NCBI GenBank assembly: GCA_964016885.1
Contig: OZ024753.1
Coordinates: 8,370,001 to 8,434,000, forward strand
Source of the DNA: Eledone cirrhosa
Lineage: Eukaryota
DNA length: 64,000 nucleotides
Reading direction: 5' to 3'
This document shows, piece by piece, positions 25,165-35,786 of this stretch (its first letter is position 1; each line of letters opens with the position of its first letter). The notes beneath the pieces were generated by a model. That model searched no databases and was not told where the DNA came from. It saw nothing but the letters and a program-made list of their open reading frames with translations. The translations under genes and the position numbers were made by a program.

Positions 25165-25748
25165 CTATTCTACATGTTTACATGGCTGTATAGCCATACG
25201 ATTCCTACATGTTTACATGGCAGTATAGCCATACCATTCCTACATGTTTACATGGCTGTGTAGCCATACGATTCCTACATGTTTACATGGCAGTATAGCC
25301 ATACCATTCCTACATGTTTACATAGCAGTATAGCCATACTATTTCTACATGTTTACATGGCAGTATAGCCATACCATTCCTACATGTTTACATAGCAGTA
25401 TAGCCATACTATTTCTACATGTTTACATGGCAGTATAGCCATACCATTCCTACATGTTTACATAGCAGTATAGCCATACTATTTCTACATGTTTACATGG
25501 CAGTATAGCCATACTATTTCTACATGTTTACATGGCAGTATAGCCAGCCATACCATTCCTACATGTTTACATAGCAGTATAGCCATACTATTTCTACATG
25601 TTTACATGGCAGTATAGCCAGCCATACCATTCCTACATGTTTACATAGCAGTATAGCCATATTATTTCTACATGTACATAGCAGTGTAGCCATACTATAT
25701 CTACATGTTTATATAGCAGAATAGCTGCTCTCTTTTTACATGTTTACA
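25165..25748. repeat. 35-bp minisatellite x~16 with alternating A/B variants
   Basis: Unit CTACATGTTTACAT(G/A)GCAGTATAGCCATAC(CATTC/TATTT). Confidence 0.95.
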
Positions 25749-25895
25749 CATTAACCAATTCTTTTGAGGTGAAACTACTTTGATGAAATACATAAGTGCA
25801 GTCGTTCTCATAAACTGACATTGGAACACTCTGTGTCAATATTTAACTCATTACAAAGTAGTGTAGTTATTGATTATATTTTATATGTAAATGGT

Positions 25896-26124
25896 TTAAC
25901 CCATTACCATTTACATTACTCTATATTTACTATTATATTTTTGAGGTAAAGGCTTTACCTCAGATAATTATCTCTCATAGTATCGAATCTATGAGATTTT
26001 GATATTATTTATTTTGAGAACAATACCATAACATCAGTATGAGCAGCTGGTTACAGCCAGTTTGAACAGAAATAGGTGAGAGAATTCTGGCTGGATATGG
26101 CTGGTTTAAATGCTAAAGGGTTAA
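25896..26124 (+). mobile_element. piggyBac-type MITE
   Basis: TTAA|CCC...TGCTAAAGGG|TTAA. Confidence 0.85.
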
Positions 26125-26204
26125 ACTGCACTGCTTATAGTTCTCCATGCTGCATACTCTTTGAGGAATCTTACTCCAAAGGCATTTGATCTTTTGAGAA
26201 AACT

Positions 26205-26435
26205 TGTGCATTGCACTCTACTTGTGAATGGAGTTACACTGAAGCTGGTGGAGAAGTTCAAATATCTTGGGGTCACTTTTACATGTAATGGAAGGCAGGA
26301 GACTGAATTAAAGGCAAGAACTGCTGGAACTAGTTCAATAATATGCCAACTTCAGCAGTTGGTCAGGGAGGAAGGTGTAAAAGCCAAACTCATTATCTTC
26401 AATTCAGCGTTTGTGCCAACACTTGCCTACTGTAA
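26205..26435 (+). pseudogene. RTE-clade reverse transcriptase fragment (thumb region)
   Basis: VNGVTLKLVEKFKYLGVTF..GRQETELKAR..KAKLIIFNSAFVPTLAY. The rest of ORF 26161-26652 runs into a SINE. Confidence 0.75.
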
Positions 26436-26711
26436 GAATATGATCACAAATGCAAATGGTCAAAATGTGGATCGTCCAAAGGGTGAGATAAAGTTAGTAG
26501 CTATAAAATATTGTTTCTACTTTTGGCACAAGGCCAGCAATTACCCAGTACATTACTGGTACTTTATTTTATCGACCCCCGTAAGGATGAAAGGCAAAGT
26601 TAACCTTGACGCTATAAAATATAGTCAGATAAGTTGGGTAAAAGATCACTAGAGGTAGGAAAATGTAGACAGTGGCACTTGTGTGGATTAAACAATCCAT
26701 CTCGTGTGTGT

Positions 26712-26810
26712 GTTTGTGTGGGTGGTACTGTAGTGTTTGTGTGGGTGGTACTGTAGTGTTTGTGTGGGTGGTACTGTAGTGTTTGTGCGGGTGGTACTGT
26801 AGTGTTTGTG
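26712..26810. repeat. 23-bp minisatellite (GTTTGTGTGGGTGGTACTGTAGT) x4
   Basis: Direct. Confidence 0.9.
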
Positions 26811-27071
26811 TATGTAGGTAGATATCCTCAACACACTTGTTGCCAATCCCTTGCTCGAAACACTTTTAACACAAGGGAGAATTAACCATGCTTATATATT
26901 TATAGTATAAAGCATATATATATATATATTTATAGTATAAAGGATATATATATATACATACATATATATATATATATTGTTATACTTTGGGAGGGTCATG
27001 TGCCAATAAAAACACATGCACCTGTTGGTTGGTCGGTTTGATAACCAGAAGGCTGTTATATATATATATAT

Positions 27072-27215
27072 ATAATGAAGGAAATGTGGTAATGAACCAG
27101 ATGGACCATAACACACCAAAGTACTCAATACTTAGGGTAGTAGAGTGGGTAATAGGAACGAGTAGGACCCCGACGGCTGAGCTCAAGCCGTTTCGACGGC
27201 TAATTCTGGACTCTA
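27072..27215 (-). mobile_element. Small (TA)n-embedded repeat carrying the 3' half of a hammerhead; second copy at 39683-39846 with fold-back
   Basis: Minus strand: GAAACGGCT-TGAGCTC-AGCCGTC GGGGTC (stem III plus GUC). The two copies are colinear over ~120 bp. Confidence 0.6.
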
Positions 27216-27554
27216 ATATATATATATATCAGAATTTGCCTTCTCCTAGAATTCTGCACTATGTGTCAATAATTGTCACAAGTGTAGTGTTTGTACCAGG
27301 GTTTTCAAGTCGCTCGCTGGACTAGAAAGTCACACTCGTTCAGCGCATCGGTAGGAGTTCTCCTACATGGATATAAAGTAGTGCCCGTACTCGAAAACGA
27401 GTTGGCAGCCACCATATATATATATAGTAATAATAATAAATATGAAGACTAAAATCCAAAGAGGGCTTGATAATAATAAATATATATCAAATATATAAGA
27501 ACCTGAGAGCAAATATTTATTAAAATAACAGATTAAGGGTGAAAGCAGCGATCC

Positions 27555-27783
27555 TTTGCTTAAACTTTAATCTGTTATAACAACACAATTGGTACAGTAT
27601 ATGAAAGGAATATATAAGGTTAATGCTTGAAATAGCAGGAAGAGGGTCTTAACGTTTCGGATACTAGTCCTTCAGCAGAAGAAAGAATGAGAAATAAGAT
27701 AGATTGAAGGGAGGGACGGGCATGGTGGAATTGGAAAAATGTCTTTAGATAAAAATAACATGTCCATTCATGTTGACATCTCC
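27555..27783 (-). mobile_element. PLE-like terminal fragment; paralogue at 40240-40555 (+)
   Basis: Reverse complement of ~40337-40540. It carries an HHR motif at 27647-27682 with a mutated core CTGCTGA. Confidence 0.7.
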
Positions 27784-27927
27784 ATATATATAATTGTTTC
27801 TACTTTTGGCACAAGGCCACAATTACCCAGTGCATTACTGGTACTTTATTTTATCGACCCCGTAAGGATGAAAGGCAAAGTTAACCTCGGCGGGATTTGA
27901 ACTCTCTATATATAATGCATGTATATA

Positions 27928-28100
27928 TACACTAAAATTCTGTTATAACAAAATTCACGGGGTATAAAAAAAATTTGTGGTAACGGAAAATTCTTTATAA
28001 CGAGATCAACTGAACACATAGAGCGTGTGGCTGGGAATTGAAAAAAAATGTTGTTATACTGAAAAATTCCTTATAATAGTATTTGTTATAATGGAAAAAA
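27928..28100. mobile_element. Tigger/pogo-like MITE; second copy at 36408-36600
   Basis: AAATTCCGTTATAAC..GTTATAACGGAATTT inverted ends, repeated GTTATAAC motifs and TA flanks. Confidence 0.65.
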
Positions 28101-28290
28101 CCACAGACCCTCCATCTCAACTCTACTTTTGAAAAGCAGAACTGCGAAACCAGTAAAGGAACCAAATAAATATATATATTTTTTTTAAAAATAAGACTCC
28201 AGTTGCATTTTCGATTTCATCTTTTTTTCTCTATACTTTCACTCATCTAGGACACCTTGGTTATTTTTCATTTTGTAAAAAAAACCTCAC

Positions 28291-28362
<72 letters not shown>

Positions 28363-28578
28363 ATAATAATAAATTTGAAGACTAAAATCCAAAGAGGGCT
28401 CGATAAGGATAAATATATATCAAATATATAAGAACCGTAGAGCAAATATCAGAAGATCCCGTTAAGGGTGAAACCAGCGATTCTTTGCTTAAACTTTAAT
28501 CTGTTATTTTAATAAATATATATATATATATATATATATGCATATTTATATATATACATATACATATAGTATAGAAAT

Positions 28579-28629
28579 GGCTTCTACAGGACTAGAACTG
28601 TTTCATTCAGGAGAAATCATCAGGAAGCC
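28579..28629 (-). ncRNA. Type I hammerhead ribozyme, apparently intact, in a fold-back element (28570-28770)
   Basis: Minus strand: GGCTTC CTGATGA T TTC-TCCT-GAA T GAAA CAG-TTCTAGTC-CTG TA GAAGCC. Stems I, II and III all pair around the canonical CUGAUGA/GAAA/NUH core. Confidence 0.8.
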
Positions 28630-29077
28630 TTCACGATTTCTCTGGATTGAAACAGTTCTAGTCCTGTAGAAGCCATTTCTATATTGAATATTTATACTCT
28701 GCTATGTATTGAGTACCTCACTTACTGTGGCTATCCCCGATTGAACCCAGGATAAACTTATAAACTTATATTGGGAGCATGTATATACATTGTATATGCA
28801 TGGTATTTGCATATATAATGTGTGTGTAGGCATGTAAGTGTATATACATCTATGTATGTGTGTATATACATGTACATTAAAAGCAAAACTTAAAACAAAA
28901 TCTTATCACTGGAATTCATTCCCATTTCAAATGTTTCTCTTGTTTTATATCTGGTATTTATTTTCTGTTAGTAAAATAAATATATCTATAATGATATAAT
29001 TTCACTGCTAAAAGCTATCTCACTCATGTGCTTGAAACATTTCATGAAAAGAAAATGAGATTAGACATATATATATT

Positions 29078-29138
<61 letters not shown>

Positions 29139-29181
29139 TGTGAATACATATATAGATATAAACACACATTATATATATATA

Positions 29182-29217
<36 letters not shown>

Positions 29218-29298
29218 TCATTCTTTAACGTCTACCTTCGACGCTAGCATGGTTTATATATATATAAAACACATTATATATATATATAATGTATATAA

Positions 29299-29367
<69 letters not shown>

Positions 29368-29387
29368 TATATATACACATTATATAT

Positions 29388-29570
29388 GTGGATTGGCAGT
29401 ATTGGTAGAGGGTCGGACGCCATGCTTTCCAGCATAGTTACGTCCCTTTACGATCTGAGTTCAAATCCCGCCGAGGTTCACTTTGCCTTTCATCCTTACG
29501 GGGTCGATAAAATAAAGTACCAGTAATGCACTGGGTAATTGCTGGCCTTGTGCCTAAAGTAGAAACAATT
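29388..29570 (+). mobile_element. Young Deu/Nin SINE in (TA)n
   Basis: Consensus match. Confidence 0.9.
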
Positions 29571-29602
29571 ATATATATATATTATATATATATATATATA
29601 AA

Positions 29603-29640
<38 letters not shown>

Positions 29641-30160
29641 TTTAGACTGACGTCCCTTACCCGTCCCCCAAGGGAATGGTTGGCCTGCTAGGAGGGTTAT
29701 GATGTCCACTAGAAATGTTTACTACGTCATCATATTCTGAGTGTTGATCTTTGAATGTAGGCAAAGTGAAGATGACAGAAGCACTGGAACGCTGTAAACA
29801 CTGGAATTAAACGGTCAATTGATTTCATTTAATTAAATAAATTTAAGCATATTGGATTACCATTGTACCAGGTTTGAATATAGTAAGCGATAATGGGGAT
29901 GCACCGAATGTACCTTACAGCTTGATATGTATAGTTACATCTATACCTAGATGACTTGGATACTTTGAGTCATTCGTTACACCACGTGGTATGCTGGGAA
30001 ACTTAGGATTGCATGGATTCACAGCTCCACCGCTATGATGCGGAGGTATTGATCACAGCATGAGACTGGAGTAGATGATATTGTAATCGTAAGGGATAAC
30101 ACGGACGAGTGGAACACGTAGATACATGTATGTATGTATATATATATATATATATATATA

Positions 30161-30996
30161 CAGGATGCGGACGATATCTGTTAGCAAGATTACTGTCTAG
30201 GAAAAAATAACACAGTAGTTTTATTTTTTAAGATTTATTTATCACACTTGGGTCAGTTTGTCTTCATGACTTGTTCTTTCGATCTCACTCGATAAACCCG
30301 CCATTGGCTTTGATGACGGCCTCGGAACCGGCTACAGGCCTTCGTCACTGTCCCCCGACTTAGGCCCCTAAAGGCACTTGTAATCCTGGCCTTCAGATCG
30401 TCTTTCGTATTGCAGCTAGATCTGTTGGTGTCTTGTTCCACTGTGCTTCACACAAAGAAGTCGAGGGGGTTGCAGTCAGGCGAGCTGAGAGGCCAGATGT
30501 CAGGTGAAGTGTGGTCGACGAAGTTCTCTGACAGCCAGGCTTGGGTCTTTCGGCTGGTATGGCAGGGAGCTGAGTCTTGCTGCCACACGTATGGCCTACC
30601 TGCATCTACCTGGTCGATCCAGGGCTTTACTACCTCGCTCAGAATGCAGATGTGGCCATCGGTGTTCAGCTTGAGGCCCTCAGGGAAGACCAATGTTGTT
30701 GCTGGAAACTTTGTCTGCATGACTCTGGGCACATCTTTGGATGAGACAGCGAGCCACCTGTAGTCCTGGGAGTTGATCTTCTGGTCTTATTTGTCCTCCC
30801 GGCTCGGATTCCAAGAAGAACTCCGTGTCTCTTCCAAAAATTTGGAGGTTCAAAATTATTCATAATCAATTATTCTGTAAATAAATAATGGAAATATAGT
30901 CACTGTTTTTATGAAGTCAAGAGTGACAACAGAAGTAAAACAAATTTGCATAAAATTAGCAGTTGAAAAGTGCGAACAAATATCGTCCGCACCCTG
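30161..30996 (-). mobile_element. Internally deleted Tc1/mariner DNA transposon of DD37D (maT) type
   Basis: TIRs CAGGATGCGGACGATATCTGTTAGCA and (reverse complement of right end) CAGGGTGCGGACGATATTTGTTCGCA, with TA flanks. The transposase remnant WQQDSAPCH..WPLSSPDCNPLD has 37 residues between the 2nd and 3rd D. Confidence 0.9.
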
Positions 30997-31748
30997 TATA
31001 TATATATATATATATGTGTGTGTGTGCGTGGGTCTATGTAGACTAACACACACACACACGCAAACGTTATATTCTACTGATATATATGATGATTGCTTTC
31101 ACCTGCTTCCACTACACTTTGCTTTACCTGTATGTTCTGTGAACCACACAGATAAATTGCATTTGAACGCCACCTATAACACTTGTTGCCATACGGTGAT
31201 GGATACATGGAATTCCACTATATGATCGCTATATCTGGCTCCCGCTATATCTGACTCTGCTTACATTTATTTTGGTTGATACCATTCTTAAATTGTCACC
31301 CCTGAAATCCTCTACTGTCTACAACCATATTTACTTGCATTTATTTGCATTGCTTATCTTTTGTTTCATTTTTATTTTTATTTTTATCACCTCCTATTTT
31401 TTATTCTAATGTTTATTTCTATTTTTTATTATTTGTTATTATTTTTTTATATTTCCTTATATTATCATTACTTTATTGTTATTTTTATCTTATGCTTACT
31501 TCTAGATTCTACTCTTTACGTTTTATCTCTTATCTTTAATTTCCTTATCTTTTATTTTTCCTTATCTTTAATTATTTTTCCTTATCTTTAATTATTGTAA
31601 CTGATTTTGGTCTTAATATGTATTGGCTTCTAGCGGTGACGTGTCATCCAAGCACCCCACTCTTCTTAGTCCTCTGTGCTACATATAGATCGTTCTTGTG
31701 ATATAGGTCGGTAGAGTTTATACTGTTGATCTAATTCCTCTTTATAAC

Positions 31749-31793
31749 GCTCTGATGAATCCTGCAATTATGCAAGGATGAAACACTGTCAGC
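31749..31793 (+). ncRNA. Type I hammerhead ribozyme at the 3' end of a probable PLE-derived insert (~31060-31832)
   Basis: GCT CTGATGA ATCC-TGCA-ATTA-TGCA-A-GGAT GAAA C-ACT-G TC AGC, followed by AATAAA and then (TA)n. 8-bp bulged stem II and GUC site. Confidence 0.78.
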
Positions 31794-32760
31794 AAATAAA
31801 GATTAATTGATGATGTAAGCGCTCTTTGTTCCATATATATATATATATATATACATTATATATATATAATGTATGTGTATATATACACATTATATATATA
31901 TATTTATATATATAATCATCATAATCTCCGTTTAATGTCCATCTTCCACGCTATAATGTATACTCTTTTACTCTTTTACCTGTTCCAGCCCATCCGGCTG
32001 AAGCCATGCTATATATACACATTCATCATCATCATCATCATCATCGTTTAACATCTATCTTCCATTCTAGCATGGGTTTAGATGGGAATTGTCCCACGTG
32101 AGGCAAGATTGGTTGTCTTGCTCGTATAGGACTGTCTGGTGGGTTTTCTATGGCTGGATGCCCTTCCTAACACCAACCATGTTTACAGTGTGGACTGGGA
32201 GGTTTTTACCGTGTTACCTACACGACCACGTTACAGCGTGGACTGTGTGTTTTTTTTGCGTGACACCTACACGACCTCATTTATTTAGGACTGGATGTTG
32301 TGGCACCAACATAATTTTAGGTGTAGATGGGGGTGGGGGTAAGGGTAGTGGGATGGGGATGTATTTTTGGTTAGGAGGTGCCTACTGACTGTACATTATA
32401 TATATATATATATATACACCACCCACTAATACATATCACTATCATTTGATAATGCATAAAAATGATGAAACTGGTAATAGACAATTGTTGTCACCCAACA
32501 CCTTAAACACCTCTATGCTCCCAAAATCAGAAAAACCCAGAAAAGTAAAGTAAGCGTCAAAAATTCTATGTCGATATCTTATTTACAAATCTGTTACTAT
32601 TTCTAAAAGTTGTCACAGTATTGTTCTGAAACCATTTACGTGTTATATCTATTGGTTTTATTGTTTAATTTCTTAGTTGTTGTTATGATTTATTTGGCAA
32701 ACTAAATGTGCCCGAGTGTTATTTTCTCAGCTATATAATTTCTGAGTGATCTACTAAAAT

Positions 32761-32950
32761 TAATTGTTTCTACTTTAGGCACAAGGCCAGCAATTACCCA
32801 GTACATTACTGGTACTTTATTTTATCGACCCCCGTAAGGATGAAAGGCAAAGTTAACCTCGGCGGGATTTGAACTCAGATTGTAAAGGGACGTAACTATG
32901 CTAGAAAGCATGGCGTCCAACCCTCTACCGATACTGCCAATTCACCGCCA
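32761..32950 (-). mobile_element. Young Deu/Nin SINE with probable TSD (TACTAAAATT)
   Basis: TACTAAAATTAAT precedes the copy (32752) and follows it (32951). Confidence 0.85.
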
Positions 32951-33244
32951 TACTAAAATTAATGTTTGCAGTTTGTCTTTAGTATTTCATATTAAATTTT
33001 ACTCTGTATTCACTAGTTAACACATAAGCTGCCTCTTTTTCTCTCTTATGTTACATGGTGATTATACATTCAGCCTATTCAAAACTTACAAGAACAGATC
33101 TATAAAACCAATGACAGCAATGATGGCTCTACTTTCTAGTTTTCTTCTTCTCTTCTACTTCATTCAATCTCCTGTCATTATCCCTCTTTCCTTGTTTTCT
33201 TTCCTCCTCTGTCTTGACCCTCTTTCGTCCTCGTGGTCGTCGTC

Positions 33245-33443
33245 TTTTTTTTCTTCTTCTTCTTTGCCTTCTTCTTCTTCTTTTGCCTTTTTTAACCTTC
33301 TTCTCCTTCTTCTTTCCCTTCTTTTTTTGCCTTCTTCTTCTTCTTCTTCTTCTTCTTCTTTATCTGCTTCTTCTTTGCCTTCTTCTTTTTTACCTTTTTC
33401 TTCTTTGCCTTTTTCTTCTTCTTTTTCAACTTCAACTTCTTCG

Positions 33444-33474
<31 letters not shown>

Positions 33475-33491
33475 CTTCTTCTTCTTCTTCG

Positions 33492-33522
<31 letters not shown>

Positions 33523-33550
33523 CTTCTTCTTCTTCTTCTTCTTCTTCTCT
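33245..33550. repeat. (TTC)n-rich polypyrimidine tract
   Basis: Direct. It explains the poly-S/E/L/K ORFs. Confidence 0.95.
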
Positions 33551-33795
33551 GTCTCCCATCTTTTGTCTTCCTCTTCACATCTCCCTCCATTCCCCACTTC
33601 TAAAATGTCTTGAATTGAATAATTTTATCATCATTTCAAGTAAAGAAATGGACTCTATAAACATTGTAGTAAAACCTCGTACTTGAGATAAACTATCACA
33701 TCATAGTCATCTGAATATCCTTCCATATAAAACTACAGATATTCATATCAACAGTAGTGTTGCTCAATATGCTAAAAATAACAGCCAAATGACCA

Positions 33796-34569
33796 TTAAC
33801 CCTTTAGCATTCCCATGACTTGTGGAAATATTTTTTCATGCTCAGAGTTGTTGAAGCATGGAACAAACTACCTGCATCAGTTGTTAGCTGTCGAGACACT
33901 CCATCCTTTAAAACCTCCATGGAACAAACTACCTACATCAGTTGTTAGCTGTCGAGACACTGCATCCTTTAAAACCTCCATGGAACAAACTACCTGCATC
34001 AGTTGTTAGCTGTCGAGACACTGCATCCTTTAAAACCTCCATGGAACAAACTACCTGCATCAGTTGTTAGCTGTCGAGACACTGCATCCTTTAAAACCTC
34101 CATGGAACAAACTACCCGCATCAGTTGTTAGCTGTCAAGACACTGCATCCTTTAAAACCTCCATGCTTCCTGAGATTCACCAACACTACACCTGATATAC
34201 CTCCTCCATACACACGCACACATGTATATCATGACTCGTACACTGTTCATTTTCCTGACATTTGTACATTATTCTATGTACTATACATGCACCTTGATGA
34301 GTTGTAGTGCACCTGAGCACTGTACACAATAATTTCATTATCATTATTATTATTTTATTATTACTCTATCTTTACTATTGTATTTTCACGGTAAAGGCTT
34401 TATCTTACATAATCATCTCACATAATATCGAATCTATGAGATTTTGATATTATTTATTTTGAGAACAATACCTTAACATCAGTATGAGTAACTGGTTACA
34501 GCCAGTTTGAACGGAATGAGGTGAGAGAATTCTGGCCAGATACGGCCAATTTAAATGCTAAAGGGTTAA
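33796..34569 (+). mobile_element. piggyBac-type MITE interrupted by a CR1 3' fragment (33813-34360) containing a 61-bp array x5 (33857-34165)
   Basis: The MITE left end is TTAA|CCCTTTAGCATTC. The body resumes at ATTACTCTAT (~34360) and ends AAAGGG|TTAA. Confidence 0.85.
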
Positions 34570-34694
34570 ATCACATACTCTGAAGGTTGGCTGAAATGTT
34601 AATAGGCTGAGAATTAATAGTCTGACCAAGATACTCTCATGGAATGACCAAATGAGGTTTATTTTTCAATATAGTCCATGGAAAGAAACAATGC

Positions 34695-34708
34695 TACCTC
34701 TGCTGCTA

Positions 34709-34739
<31 letters not shown>

Positions 34740-34870
34740 CTCTACTACTACTGCTATTACTGCTGCTACTAGTACTACTACTACTACTGTTGCTGCTGCT
34801 ACTACTACTACTACTACCAACACAACTACTACTACTACTAACACAACTACTACTACTACTACTACCGCTG

Positions 34871-34911
<41 letters not shown>

Positions 34912-34912
34912 G
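34695..34912. repeat. (CTA/CTG)n microsatellite
   Basis: Direct. Confidence 0.95.
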
Positions 34913-35321
34913 TTGGGCAGCTTTCCCATTTATATTCACACCTTTCAGTGTTTGTATAAATCACGTTAAATAAAGAGGCAAGAATGTCTTGACACTGGTT
35001 ATAAGAAAACTGAGAAATATGAGCTACTAAAGAATATAGTTTAAAATAGTCAATTTAGTTCTCTACTATTTGTGATTTGTGTAACTTTTGTTATCTCCAT
35101 GAAAGGAAATAATATTTGATTCCTGTCAATTTGTGAGACACATCATTAGGTGTTGTATGGGGTAAGGTGGAGGATATAACTAAATAAATTATTAACACTT
35201 TCCTTAACACCATCACCACCACTATCATCATCATCATCATCATCATCATCATCTAATGTCCACTTTCCCTGCTAGCAAGGGTTGGACGGGTCTCTATAGA
35301 CCAAGTATTGAAGTGGGGGTA

Positions 35322-35786
35322 CCATCATCATTATCATCATAATCACCATTTTACGTCCATTTTCTTCCATGCTAGCATGGGTTAGATGGGTTGTGGGCAG
35401 TGTCCAGTCGGCTGACCTTGTCTTGCTCATACAGGAACTGATTCTGGCTTGATTTCTACAGCTGGATGCCCTTCCTAACACCAACCTCATTTACAGTGAG
35501 AGCTGGGTGCTTTTTTTTCCGTGGCACCTACACATCCACTTTACAGAGTCGGCTGGGTGCTATTTTGTTGTGGCACCTCCACGACCACTTTGCAGTGTGT
35601 GTATGTGGGGGGGGGGGGAGCATATTGTCTAAATGGTTCAACTTCAGCTTGTACGCATGGGAAGTCAGGTCTTCTGTGTGACGCCAGAGATTACGGTCCT
35701 GTGTCATCACCTTTGAGAGGTGTAATTGGGTAAGGTCGGCTTTTATCACCTCATCCCAGGTCTTCTTGGGTCTCCCCACTCCACGT
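35322..35786 (-). mobile_element. RTE C-terminus + Meta-domain composite retroposon; paralogue at 60360-60880 (+)
   Basis: GRPKKTWDEVIKADLTQLHL..DR..WR is followed by ~50-bp modules, the Meta-like motif and a (GAT)n tail in both copies. Confidence 0.8.

Noticed and set aside
26161-26652. 163-aa ORF as a host gene
   Set aside because: Chance fusion of a decayed RTE RT fragment with an antisense SINE
33048-33686. 212-aa ORF with signal-peptide-like and Ser-rich segments
   Set aside because: Driven by a (TTC)n tract
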